A stretch of DNA of 25,082 bases from Thermoplasmata archaeon (lineage in GTDB: Archaea; Thermoplasmatota; Thermoplasmata; Lutacidiplasmatales; UBA184): assembly GCA_030042815.1 (NCBI GenBank), contig JASHYY010000104.1:1-25082 (forward strand), in the 5' to 3' direction. The notes beneath the pieces are model-generated. The model saw nothing but the letters and a program-made list of their open reading frames with translations, was not told the origin of the DNA and did not search any database. Below are positions 16,161 to 24,524 of this stretch, piece after piece. Position numbers and translations under genes: made by a program. Position 1 is the first letter of the stretch, and every line of letters starts with the position of its first letter.

Positions 16161-17312
16161 ACGCCCGAGCCGGCCCGGTCCGAAGACGGCCCGCTTCGGG
16201 GGACCCTGTTCCTGGAGGACGGGTCCCGGTTCGACGGCGTCGGCTTCGGGGCGCGGGCGCGCCGGGTCGGAGAGGTCGTCTTCACGACCGGGATGGTCGG
16301 CTACCCCGAGTCGCTGACCGACCCGTCGTTCCGCGGGCAGATCCTCACGTTCACCTACCCGTTGCTCGGGAACTACGGCGTGCCTCCGGCGGGCGCGCGC
16401 GACCGCACCGGCCTGCCGATCCTCGAGAGCGAGGAGGTCCAGGTCCGGGGGGTCGTCGTCCGCGGCACCACTCCCCCGAGCCACTGGTCGAGCTCGCGCT
16501 CCCTCGCGCAGTGGATGGCCGAGGAGGGCGTCCCCGGCGTGCGGGGCGTCGACACCCGGCGCCTCACCGAGCACCTGCGCTCGAACGGCGTGGTCCGGGG
16601 GGTGGTCGACGTCGCGGCCGCCGACGCGCCGCCGAGCGACGCGGAGCTCGCGCGGGCGATCGCGCACGCCCCGGGCTACGCGGAGGAGAACTACATGGCC
16701 GAGGTCGCGCCGAAGAGCCCGGCCGTCCTCGGCCGCTCGAAGGGACCGCTGGTCGCCGTCCTCGACTGCGGGGTGAAGGCGAGCATCCTGCGGGCCCTTC
16801 TCGACCGCGGCGTCGCGGTCCTCCGTCTCCCCTACGACCACGAGGTCCCGACCCGGTGGGACGGGCGACGGGTGCAGGGACTGCTCGTCGGGAACGGACC
16901 GGGCGACCCCGCCGAGCTCGCGCCCACGATCGAGGAGCTGCGGCGGCCGAGCACCCGCGCGCTCCCGACCCTCGGGATCTGCCTCGGGCACCAATTGCTC
17001 GCGCTCGCGCGCGGCGCGACCACGTTCAAGCTCAAGTACGGCCACCGGGGGCAGAACAAGACGATCTGCTTCGCGGACGGACGGGCCCTCATCGTCAGCG
17101 AGAACCACGGCTACGCGGTCGACGCCCGCTCGCTGCGCGGGACCGGCCTCGAGAGCTGGGCGACGAACCCGGACGACGGGACGCTCGAGGGGTTCCGCGA
17201 CGGCAGCGGCCGGGTGCTCGCCCTCCAGGGCCACCCCGAGGGGCACCCGGGCCCGCAGGAGGCGTCGTTCGCGTTCGACCGGTTCGTCGGGAAGGTGAAG
17301 CGGCGGGCATGA
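16161..17312 (+). CDS. carA: Carbamoyl-phosphate synthase small (glutaminase) subunit; start uncertain, proposed ACG
   Basis: LFLEDG, GEVVFTTGMVGY, TDPSFRGQIL, GNGPGDP, LGICLGHQ (catalytic Cys) and QGHPE. No in-frame ATG/GTG/TTG upstream of the conserved N-terminus. Confidence 0.92.
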   Translation, partial: TPEPARSEDGPLRGTLFLEDGSRFDGVGFGARARRVGEVVFTTGMVGYPESLTDPSFRGQILTFTYPLLGNYGVPPAGARDRTGLPILESEEVQVRGVVVRGTTPPSHWSSSRSLAQWMAEEGVPGVRGVDTRRLTEHLRSNGVVRGVVDVAAADAPPSDAELARAIAHAPGYAEENYMAEVAPKSPAVLGRSKGPLVAVLDCGVKASILRALLDRGVAVLRLPYDHEVPTRWDGRRVQGLLVGNGPGDPAELAPTIEELRRPSTRALPTLGICLGHQLLALARGATTFKLKYGHRGQNKTICFADGRALIVSENHGYAVDARSLRGTGLESWATNPDDGTLEGFRDGSGRVLALQGHPEGHPGPQEASFAFDRFVGKVKRRA

Positions 17313-20300
17313 CCGTCGCCCTGCCCGAGAAGGTGCTGCTCCTCGGCAGCGGCGCGCTGAAGATCGGCGAGGCCGGCGAGTTCGACTACTCGGGCAGCCA
17401 GTGCCTGAAGGCGCTCGACGAGGAGGGCGTCTACGCCGTCGTCGTCAACCCGAACATCGCGACGCTCCAGACCGACCCGCCGCGGCGGGGTCGGGTCTAC
17501 TTCCAGCCGCTGACCCCGGAGTTCGTCGCGCCGATCCTCGCCGCGGAGCGGCCGGAGGGGGTCCTCCTGTCGTTCGGAGGCCAGACGGCGCTCAACTGCG
17601 GGGTCCGGCTCTCCGACCGGGGCGACCTCGCCCGCACGAAGACCCGGGTCCTCGGGACGCCGCTCACCGGCATCCGCTCGACCGAGGACCGCGCGAAGTT
17701 CGTGCGCGCGATGGCGAACGCGCGCGTGCCGACCCTCCCGAGCCGGGCCGTTTACTCCTACGACGAGGCGCTCGCCGCCGCCGAGGAGCTCGGCTTCCCG
17801 GTGATCGTGCGCGTCGCTTACACCCTCGGGGGCCGCGGCGGCGGCATCGCCCGGGACCGGGCCGAGCTCGCCGAGGTCGTGGGGCGGGGCCTGCGCGCGA
17901 GCCCCGTCGGCCAGGTCCTCCTCGAGCGGTGGGTCGGCGCGTTCAAGCAGCTCGAGTACGAGGTCGTGCGCGACGCACGGGGGAACGCCCTCACGGTCTG
18001 CAACATGGAGAACGTCCTCGCGATGCGGGTCCACACCGGGGACAACGTCGTGGTCGCACCCAGCCAGACGCTCACGGACGCCGAGTACCAGATGCTCCGC
18101 CAGGCCGCCCTGCGGGCCGCCGAGGAGGTCGGGATCGTCGGGGAGTGCAACATCCAGTTCTGCCTCGACCCGACGAGCGAGGAGTACTACGCCATCGAGA
18201 TCAACGCGCGCCTCTCCCGCTCGAGCGCGCTCGCGAGCAAGGCGACCGGCTATCCTCTCGCCTACGTCGCGGCGAAGCTCGCGCTCGGCTACACGCTGCC
18301 CGAGCTCAAGAACCGGATCACGGGCGTCACCACCGCCTGCTTCGAGCCGGCGCTCGACTACGTGGTCGTGAAGCTTCCCCGCTGGGACCTCGACAAGTTC
18401 GCGCGGGCGGACCGGCGGCTCGGGCCGTCGATGAAGTCGGTCGGCGAGGTGATGGGGATCGGCGCGTCGTTCCCCGAGGCGCTCGCGAAGGCGGTCCGCA
18501 TGAGCGACCCCCGGGCGGACCTTCTGCCGCCGGCCGAGGTCCGCGCCCCGAGGGAGGTCCTCGAGGACCTCGCCCACCCGACGCCGGACGTGCTCCGCTG
18601 CGCCCTCGAGGCGCTCCGCGCCGGGGTCGACCCGGCGACCGTGAGCCGGGTCTCGTTCATCGACCGCTGGTTCGTGGACGCCCTCTCGGAGATCGAGGCG
18701 ACCGACCGGGCGCTCGCCGCCGGCCGCGGCGCACCGATCCCGACCGAGCTCCTGCGGCGGGCGAAGGAGCTCGGCTTCTCCGACCGCGCGATCGGGCGCG
18801 CGTCGCAGCGGGACGAGGAGGAGGTCCGGCGCGGTCGGCTCGAGTCGGGAGTCCGCCCCCGGGTCCGCATGATCGACACGCTCGCCGGGGAGTGGCCGGC
18901 CCGGACGAACTACCTCTACCTCACCTACCGCGCCGACGCGGACGACGTCCGGCCGATGCCGTCCGGCTCGGTCCTCGTGGTCGGGGCGGGCCCGTACCGC
19001 ATCGGGTCGAGCGTCGAGTTCGACTGGTCGACCATGAACCTCGTGGACGGGCTCAAGGCCGAGGGCGTGCCGGGCGTCGCCCTGCTCAACTCGAACCCGG
19101 AGACGGTGTCGACCGACTACGACCGGTCCGACCGCCTCTACTTCGAGGAGATCACCCTCGAGCGCGTGCGGGACATCCAGGATTTTGAATCGTTCGGCGG
19201 CGTCGTGACGTGCGTCGGGAGCCAGCTCGCCCAGAACCTCACGCCGCTCCTCCACATGTGCGGGGTCCCGATCCTCGGGACGGCCTCCGAGTCGATCGAC
19301 ACGGCGGAGGACCGGGCCCGCTTCGCCCGGCTGCTCGAGCGGCTCGCGATCCCCCAGCCCGCCTGGCGGGCGTTCCGCACGGTCGAGGAGGCGAGCGCGT
19401 TCGCGGACGAGGTCGGCTACCCGGTCCTCGTCCGGCCGTCGTACGTCCTCTCGGGCCAGGCGATGCGCGTCATCGCCGGGCGCGCCGACCTCGGGCGGTT
19501 CCTTTCGGAGGCGGCGCGCGTCTCGCCCGAGCACCCCGTGGTCATCACGAAGTTCGTCGAGGGGGCGGACGAGGTCGAGCTCGACGCGATCTCGGACGGC
19601 GAGCGGGTGCTGGTGGCGGGGATCCTCGAGCACGTCGAGCGGGCCGGGGTGCACTCGGGCGACGCGATCTTCTGCCTGCCGCCGCGCCACACCCCCGAGG
19701 AGGTCCAGCAGCAGCTCCTCTCCGCGGCCGGCCGGCTCGCCCGCACGCTCGCGATCCGGGGGCCGTTCAACGTCCAGTTCCTGGTGAAGGACCGGGAGTA
19801 CCAGATCATCGAGCTCAACCTGCGCGCGAGCCGGTCGCTGCCGTTCCTGACGAAGGCGACGGGCGTGCCGCTGCTGCGGGAGGCGGCCCGGGCGATGCTC
19901 GGCCGCCCGATCACCCGCGAGGGCGTCGCGCCGCTCCCCCCCGGCCGCTGGGGGGTGAAGGTCCCCCAGTTCTCGTTCCTGCAGCTCGCCGGCTCCGACC
20001 CGCTGCTCGGCGTCGAGATGCAGTCGACCGGCGAAGTCGCCTGCTTCGGGCCGACGTTCTCGGACGCGCTCGTGAAGGCGCTCGTGGCGACGGGCGTCCG
20101 GCTCGTCCCGCGCCGCGGGACCGCGTTCCTCTCGGTCGGCGGGCCCCGGCTCAAGGAGGAGCTCCTCCCGGTCGCGGAGCGGTTGCGCGCGCTCGGCCTC
20201 AAGATCACCGCGACCGAGGATACCGGCGCGTTCCTCGCGGGCCGGGGGCTGAAAGGGGTCCGGACGCTCCACAAGGTGTCGGAGCCCGACCGCCACCCGA

Positions 20301-20629
20301 ACGTGATGGAGGAGCTCGACCGCGGCAAGGTCGACCTGATCCTGAACGTCCCGCTCTCGCTGACCCAGGAGAAGTTCGAGCGGATGCTCGAGGACGAGTA
20401 CGTCCTACGGCGACGGGCGGTCGAGCTCGGGGTGCCGCTCTTCACGAGCCTCGAGGCGTTCGCCGCCTACGTCGAAGGGGTCGCGTGGCTCGAGGAGCAT
20501 CCCCTCACGGTCGACGCGCTCTACGGCACGCCCGAGCCGGGAGCGCCGCGCGGCGCGCCGTCGCAGCAGATCCCGGTCGTGCCGCGGCGCAAGCGGGCCC
20601 GGGCGCGCCGACGCCGCCGCGCTACGTGA
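17309..20629 (+). CDS. carB: Carbamoyl-phosphate synthase large subunit
   Basis: ATGA overlap with the carA stop. GSGALKIGEAGEFDYSG, two ATP-grasp halves (RSSALASKATGYP; RPSYVLSG, HSGD) and a C-terminal MGS-like domain. Confidence 0.97.
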   Translation: MTVALPEKVLLLGSGALKIGEAGEFDYSGSQCLKALDEEGVYAVVVNPNIATLQTDPPRRGRVYFQPLTPEFVAPILAAERPEGVLLSFGGQTALNCGVRLSDRGDLARTKTRVLGTPLTGIRSTEDRAKFVRAMANARVPTLPSRAVYSYDEALAAAEELGFPVIVRVAYTLGGRGGGIARDRAELAEVVGRGLRASPVGQVLLERWVGAFKQLEYEVVRDARGNALTVCNMENVLAMRVHTGDNVVVAPSQTLTDAEYQMLRQAALRAAEEVGIVGECNIQFCLDPTSEEYYAIEINARLSRSSALASKATGYPLAYVAAKLALGYTLPELKNRITGVTTACFEPALDYVVVKLPRWDLDKFARADRRLGPSMKSVGEVMGIGASFPEALAKAVRMSDPRADLLPPAEVRAPREVLEDLAHPTPDVLRCALEALRAGVDPATVSRVSFIDRWFVDALSEIEATDRALAAGRGAPIPTELLRRAKELGFSDRAIGRASQRDEEEVRRGRLESGVRPRVRMIDTLAGEWPARTNYLYLTYRADADDVRPMPSGSVLVVGAGPYRIGSSVEFDWSTMNLVDGLKAEGVPGVALLNSNPETVSTDYDRSDRLYFEEITLERVRDIQDFESFGGVVTCVGSQLAQNLTPLLHMCGVPILGTASESIDTAEDRARFARLLERLAIPQPAWRAFRTVEEASAFADEVGYPVLVRPSYVLSGQAMRVIAGRADLGRFLSEAARVSPEHPVVITKFVEGADEVELDAISDGERVLVAGILEHVERAGVHSGDAIFCLPPRHTPEEVQQQLLSAAGRLARTLAIRGPFNVQFLVKDREYQIIELNLRASRSLPFLTKATGVPLLREAARAMLGRPITREGVAPLPPGRWGVKVPQFSFLQLAGSDPLLGVEMQSTGEVACFGPTFSDALVKALVATGVRLVPRRGTAFLSVGGPRLKEELLPVAERLRALGLKITATEDTGAFLAGRGLKGVRTLHKVSEPDRHPNVMEELDRGKVDLILNVPLSLTQEKFERMLEDEYVLRRRAVELGVPLFTSLEAFAAYVEGVAWLEEHPLTVDALYGTPEPGAPRGAPSQQIPVVPRRKRARARRRRRAT

Positions 20630-21293
20630 GCGGGAACTTCGTCAGCGAGTACTCGGGAACGACGGTGGACGTGTCGAGGATCTCGGGGATCCCGCGGATC
20701 CGGTCGGTCACGAAGTCGAGGACCCGCCGCTTGTTCGCCGCGCTCGGGGCGAAGTCGAGGACGACCAGGATGTCCCAGTCGCCCGTGAGGAAGTGGAGCT
20801 CCTTGACCTCGGGCAGGGTCTCGAGCAGGCGGCGGATCCGGTCGAGGTCCCCGCCCCGGACCTTGAGGTAGGAGAACGCGCGGACGCTCTTCAGGTCGGT
20901 CGGCATGATCGCCGCGAGCTCCTCGTCGGTGAACTGCTCGACCCCTTCGAGCCGGCGGCCGAGCGGGGAGATCAGCACCGGGAACTTCTGGACGCCGCGC
21001 AGGTGCTCGGTGATCAACCGCTCGAGCCGTCCGACCTTCTCGATGTCGGTGACCTTGACGCGGTAGCCCCGGTTCGTCGCGATCTCCTCGACCAGCGCCA
21101 TGCAGCGCGACTGGTCGTCCGAGAGGAAGTAGACGGGCTCGCCGATCGTCTGGCCCTCGTCGCTCTCCGTCGGCGCGGCCCCGGGGTTCGCCCCCGCGGT
21201 CGGACGCGCCGCCGTGGCGGGAGGTCGGTAGAACGTCGTGACGGCCTTCTTGGACTGGACGTACAGCGCCAGTTCCCGGGACTCATCGGGCAT
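20622..21293 (-). CDS. Glutaredoxin-like domain fused to an Lrp/AsnC ligand-binding (RAM) domain, no HTH
   Basis: C-terminal AFSYLKV...LPEVKELHFLTGDWDILVVL...IRGIPEILDTST is RAM-like. The middle segment GYRVKVTDI...FPVLISPLGRRLEG resembles Grx/NrdH without CxxC. TTAAATA (minus strand) lies about 26 nt before the ATG. Confidence 0.65.
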   Translation of the reverse strand: MPDESRELALYVQSKKAVTTFYRPPATAARPTAGANPGAAPTESDEGQTIGEPVYFLSDDQSRCMALVEEIATNRGYRVKVTDIEKVGRLERLITEHLRGVQKFPVLISPLGRRLEGVEQFTDEELAAIMPTDLKSVRAFSYLKVRGGDLDRIRRLLETLPEVKELHFLTGDWDILVVLDFAPSAANKRRVLDFVTDRIRGIPEILDTSTVVPEYSLTKFPLT

Positions 21294-21345
21294 GGGCTCC
21301 CGATGAGCGGACCGGGCTATTTAATCCAGAGCGCCGCGCACGAGA

Positions 21346-21376
21346 GTTCTCCCCCCGCCCGGAGGGCGGGGGGAAC
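21346..21376 (-). terminator. Strong hairpin downstream of ssb (terminator or 3'-stabilising stem)
   Basis: CCCCCCGCCC (21351-21360) pairs perfectly with GGGCGGGGGG (21364-21373), extended by GTT/AAC, about 40 nt after the ssb stop. Confidence 0.45.
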
Positions 21377-21417
21377 GGAAAGGGTTCGGTCGAGCGACCC
21401 CGGTCGTCCCGGGAGCG

Positions 21418-21918
21418 CTAGTACCGCTTGTACGAGTCGGATCGTTCCCGACCGCCGCCGCCGCCACCGCCGTAGCGGCCGCCGCCTCCGCCCCCGTACC
21501 CGCCGCCGCCGCCGGAACCCCGGTCCCGGTAGCCGCCGCCGTACGAGCGGCGCTCGCTCTCGAACTCTTGCTGGCTCATGTCGAGAGACTGGTTGACCTC
21601 GTTGATCGCTTCCGTCGACTTCGAGAGGTTCCCGTACCGGCCGACGTTGAGGCGCATGTGGCCCCGCACGAGGGACACGTAGCCGTTGTCGACCAGGATG
21701 ACCTCGTCCTTCGCGATGGAGCCGATCTGCTCGTTCCAGAGCGACAGGATGATCGTCGCCGAGTCGTCCCCGACCACGGCCTCACAGACCTTCCTCGGGT
21801 CGCCGAACTTGCCCATCACTTCCTTGGGCTCTCCGACGCTGATCACCTTGGCCAGCACGTTCACTTGCTTCGAGTTCGGCGTTAGGTCTCGCACTTTCGT
21901 CAGGGGTTTGTCTGCCAT
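21418..21918 (-). CDS. ssb: Single-OB-fold single-stranded DNA-binding protein (archaeal SSB type) with Gly/Tyr/Arg-rich tail
   Basis: KVRDL...VNVLAKV...VGDDSATIILSLWNEQ...NGYVSLVRGHMRLNVGRYG. Start at ATG 21918 after an AGAGG SD-like element. Confidence 0.88.
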   Translation of the reverse strand: MADKPLTKVRDLTPNSKQVNVLAKVISVGEPKEVMGKFGDPRKVCEAVVGDDSATIILSLWNEQIGSIAKDEVILVDNGYVSLVRGHMRLNVGRYGNLSKSTEAINEVNQSLDMSQQEFESERRSYGGGYRDRGSGGGGGYGGGGGGRYGGGGGGGRERSDSYKRY

Positions 21919-22073
21919 TTCGTCTGCCTCTTCGGGTTCGCGTTTCGCGTTCGCCTTTCGGGGAACCAAAGAGCGAGTCTCGTCGCGCGAACACTCGTCG
22001 CACAAATAGGACGGGCGGGACGCTCGATTCGGGCTGGGCTCTGGGATTCCTCGGCGATTACGAAGCGCCCCGG

Positions 22074-22081
22074 GATATAAG
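22074..22081 (-). promoter_or_regulatory. TATA box of ssb (TTATAT), implying a ~130-nt 5' leader
   Basis: The minus strand reads CTTATATC about 155 nt upstream of the ssb ATG, and I saw no closer TATA of similar quality. Confidence 0.55.
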
Positions 22082-22200
22082 CCCGCCGCCGTGTGTCGGA
22101 ATAGCGCGCCGACGGGCTCCCCGGGCCGCGCCGCTCCGCCGGTGCGCCTTCGCCGTCAGGCTTTTCCGAACGGAGGCCGTCCCGGGCTGGGTTTCCGGGT

Positions 22201-22944
22201 GTGACCCAACGATTCGACCTCGGCGTGCACTACTTCCTCCGTCGGGAGTACCGCGAGGCGGCCCGCTACTTCCAGCAGGCCGTGCGCGACAGCCCCGCGG
22301 ACGCCGCCGCCTGGTCGTACTACGGGATCGCGCTCGCCCACCTCGGGCGCGCCGGCGAGGCCGAGGCGGCGCTCGCCCGCGCCCTCGCGCTCGCGCCGGA
22401 GAACCCGGAGGCGTGGTTCCACCTCGGCGTCGCCCGGTCGCTCCGCGAGGAGTGGCCCGAGGCGGCGAGCGCCTACCGCCGCGCGGTGGCGCTGACGCCG
22501 GACGACATGGTCGCCTGGCACCGGCTCGGCGTCGCGCTCGCCGAGTCGGGCGAGGAGGTCGCCGCGGCCGCCGCGTTCGAACGGGCGCTCGTCCTCTCGC
22601 GGGACGTCGGCGCCCCGAGCGAATCGGGCGCGCCCCCGAGCCGCCTGCGGGACGACCACGTGACGGAGACCGGGGAGCGCGAGAGCGGCCGCGAGGCGAA
22701 GAGCTGGCTCGACCTCGCGCTCAGCCTCCTGTCCCTCGGCGACGAGGAGGAGGCGGTCGCCGCCTACGAGCGCGCCTACACCCTCGACCCGGACCGGGCC
22801 CAGCATTCGCTGTTCCGCCCGATGCTCCGGCTCCTGACCGCCGTCCAGGGCGGACCCGAGATGGAGGAGGAGGGGGCGGCCCCGCCGTCGCCCGTTCCCG
22901 AGGGGCCCGAGCGACCGCGGCCGCGACGGCCCGAGGTCGGGTAA
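22201..22944 (+). CDS. Tetratricopeptide-repeat protein
   Basis: Repeated AW-x-x-LG..A...AF-x-x-AL-x-L-x-P TPR units (about 5). Confidence 0.88.
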   Translation: MTQRFDLGVHYFLRREYREAARYFQQAVRDSPADAAAWSYYGIALAHLGRAGEAEAALARALALAPENPEAWFHLGVARSLREEWPEAASAYRRAVALTPDDMVAWHRLGVALAESGEEVAAAAAFERALVLSRDVGAPSESGAPPSRLRDDHVTETGERESGREAKSWLDLALSLLSLGDEEEAVAAYERAYTLDPDRAQHSLFRPMLRLLTAVQGGPEMEEEGAAPPSPVPEGPERPRPRRPEVG

Positions 22945-22954
22945 TTCCCGGGCG

Positions 22955-24106
22955 CTAGAGGTCGCGCGGCGCCCGGGTCACGATCGTCGACTCGGCCCAC
23001 TCCTTCGCCTTCGCGCGGGCGACCCGGTGGGCGGCGTAGAACTTCCCGACGCGCTCGAGCAGCTGGGACTTGCACTCGCCGCAGAGCAGCGTTCCGGAGC
23101 GGCAGCCGGCGGTGACCTCGGCGAACTTCGCGTCCGATTCGGCGAACTGCGTCCGCCAGAGCGCCCAGACCGAGCAGATCTCGGGCGTCGCGCCGAGCCG
23201 CCGCTGCTCCTCGACGGTCGCGCGCCCTCCCGTGAAGGCGTTGCGGACCTTCCGCTCGACCGCCTCGGGCGGGTCGTCCAGGAACAGGGCGTTGTCCGCC
23301 CGGTCCCCCGTGGTCGACATCACCGACTCGCCGAGCAGCCCCGGGACCATCTGGCTGTGGAGGAGCGCCGGCTTCGGGTAGCCGAAGCTCTCGGCCATGT
23401 CGCGCGTGATGCGGAAGTGCGGGTCCTGGTCGATCCCGCACGGGATGAGGCACGGGACCGGCCGTCCCTCGGCCCACGATGGCCAGAACGCCGGTACGGT
23501 CTGGAGCGCCGTGTAAAAGACGAGGCCGATGTTGGTGCTCGGGGTGAACCCGAAGACGGCCTTGACGGTCGAGTAGGGGACCTTCCGCGCGATGCGCACG
23601 GCGAGCGGGTACATCGCCGCGATCGAGCGGGAGTCGAAGAACGTGTGCGTCCGCTTCGGGTCGAAGCCGAGCGCGAGGATGTCGGTGAGGTTCTCGAGGC
23701 CCCAGTGGACGGTCTCCTCCCGAGCGATGCCCGTCTTCGAGGACCAGAACTTCTCGTCGTCGGTGATCTGGATGTACATCGGCACCCCGAGCCGCTTCTG
23801 GAACCACTGGCAGAGCTGGAACTGCAGCAGATGCGAGGTGTGGAGCGGCCCGGAAGGTCCCCGGCCCGAGTAGAGGAAGAACGGATTCCCGTGGGCGAAG
23901 CCGTCGAGGAGCGCCGGGAGGTCCCGGTGGGAGTAATAGATCCCGCGCGCGAGCGCCGGAGGGAGCTCCCCGCCCGCGATGTGGTGGAGCTTCGCGAGCA
24001 GCTCGGGCGTGACCGGCTGGGTCCCGAACTGCTCCCGGAGCCGTTCGTAGTCGATCCGACCCTTGACCTCGTACGGCGTGACGACGAACTCCTCCTTCCC
24101 GGGCAC
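22955..24106 (-). CDS. trpS: Tryptophanyl-tRNA synthetase, archaeal type
   Basis: VTPYEVKG-x-IDY, LYSGRGPSG, QITDDEKF, CLIPCGIDQDPHFR and C-terminal CGECK. HIGH reads HTSH and KMSKS reads VMSTT. Confidence 0.93.
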   Translation of the reverse strand: MPGKEEFVVTPYEVKGRIDYERLREQFGTQPVTPELLAKLHHIAGGELPPALARGIYYSHRDLPALLDGFAHGNPFFLYSGRGPSGPLHTSHLLQFQLCQWFQKRLGVPMYIQITDDEKFWSSKTGIAREETVHWGLENLTDILALGFDPKRTHTFFDSRSIAAMYPLAVRIARKVPYSTVKAVFGFTPSTNIGLVFYTALQTVPAFWPSWAEGRPVPCLIPCGIDQDPHFRITRDMAESFGYPKPALLHSQMVPGLLGESVMSTTGDRADNALFLDDPPEAVERKVRNAFTGGRATVEEQRRLGATPEICSVWALWRTQFAESDAKFAEVTAGCRSGTLLCGECKSQLLERVGKFYAAHRVARAKAKEWAESTIVTRAPRDL

Positions 24107-24122
24107 GTCCGCTCCGCCCTCG

Positions 24123-24431
24123 CTAGCCTTCGGGGAAGGTGATCTTCGAGAGGATCGACTCGCGCTCCGCGAGGGGGACCCCGGCCGCGCTCAGCGCCTC
24201 GGCGACGCACGAGCGGGAGTGCTCGAAGTGGATCGTGTGGCCGCACGACGGACAGCTCGTCCATCCCTCGATCAGGCGGCGCAGGCCCTCCCGCGACGAC
24301 GAGGAGTCCCGGCGGGCGAACCGTTCGACGAGGATCGCCGCACCGGCGGCGTTCTCGAGGTTCGTGAGGGGGACCCGGACCGGGGTGTTGCAGATCGGGC
24401 AACGCGCCGGGTTCCGGCAAGTGCACGCCAT
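24123..24431 (-). CDS. Small Cys-rich putative zinc-binding protein upstream of trpS
   Basis: CTC, CPIC and CPSCGH motifs. TTTTAG TATA-like lies about 29 nt upstream, and the gap to trpS is 16 nt. Confidence 0.7.
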   Translation of the reverse strand: MACTCRNPARCPICNTPVRVPLTNLENAAGAAILVERFARRDSSSSREGLRRLIEGWTSCPSCGHTIHFEHSRSCVAEALSAAGVPLAERESILSKITFPEG

Positions 24432-24524
24432 GGCCGGAGAGGGTACCTACGCGCCGGACCTAAAAGCCCGACCCTCCCGTGGACGGATACGTTCATCTAG
24501 CCTCGGACGCGCTCTCCTCGCCCG

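Noticed and set aside
15057-17308. N-terminal extensions of the carA ORF (from 15057) and the carB ORF (from 16511)
   Set aside because: These are open frames antisense to the oxidoreductase or out of frame with carA, as expected at this GC content. The conserved domains begin at about 16161 and 17309.
17111-20296. 1061-aa minus-strand ORF and the many other Arg/Pro/Gly-rich overlapping ORFs in the track
   Set aside because: They are shadow frames of genuine genes with no recognisable motifs or promoters.
21445-21545. Tandem CCG repeats as a microsatellite or CRISPR-like array
   Set aside because: They are simply the Gly codons of the SSB tail, with no repeat-spacer structure.
21919-22005. 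ssb start at 22005 (MCDEC...) giving a Cys-containing extension
   Set aside because: The OB fold begins right after Met 21918, which has an SD-like element. The upstream stretch is better explained as leader RNA, though this is unproven.
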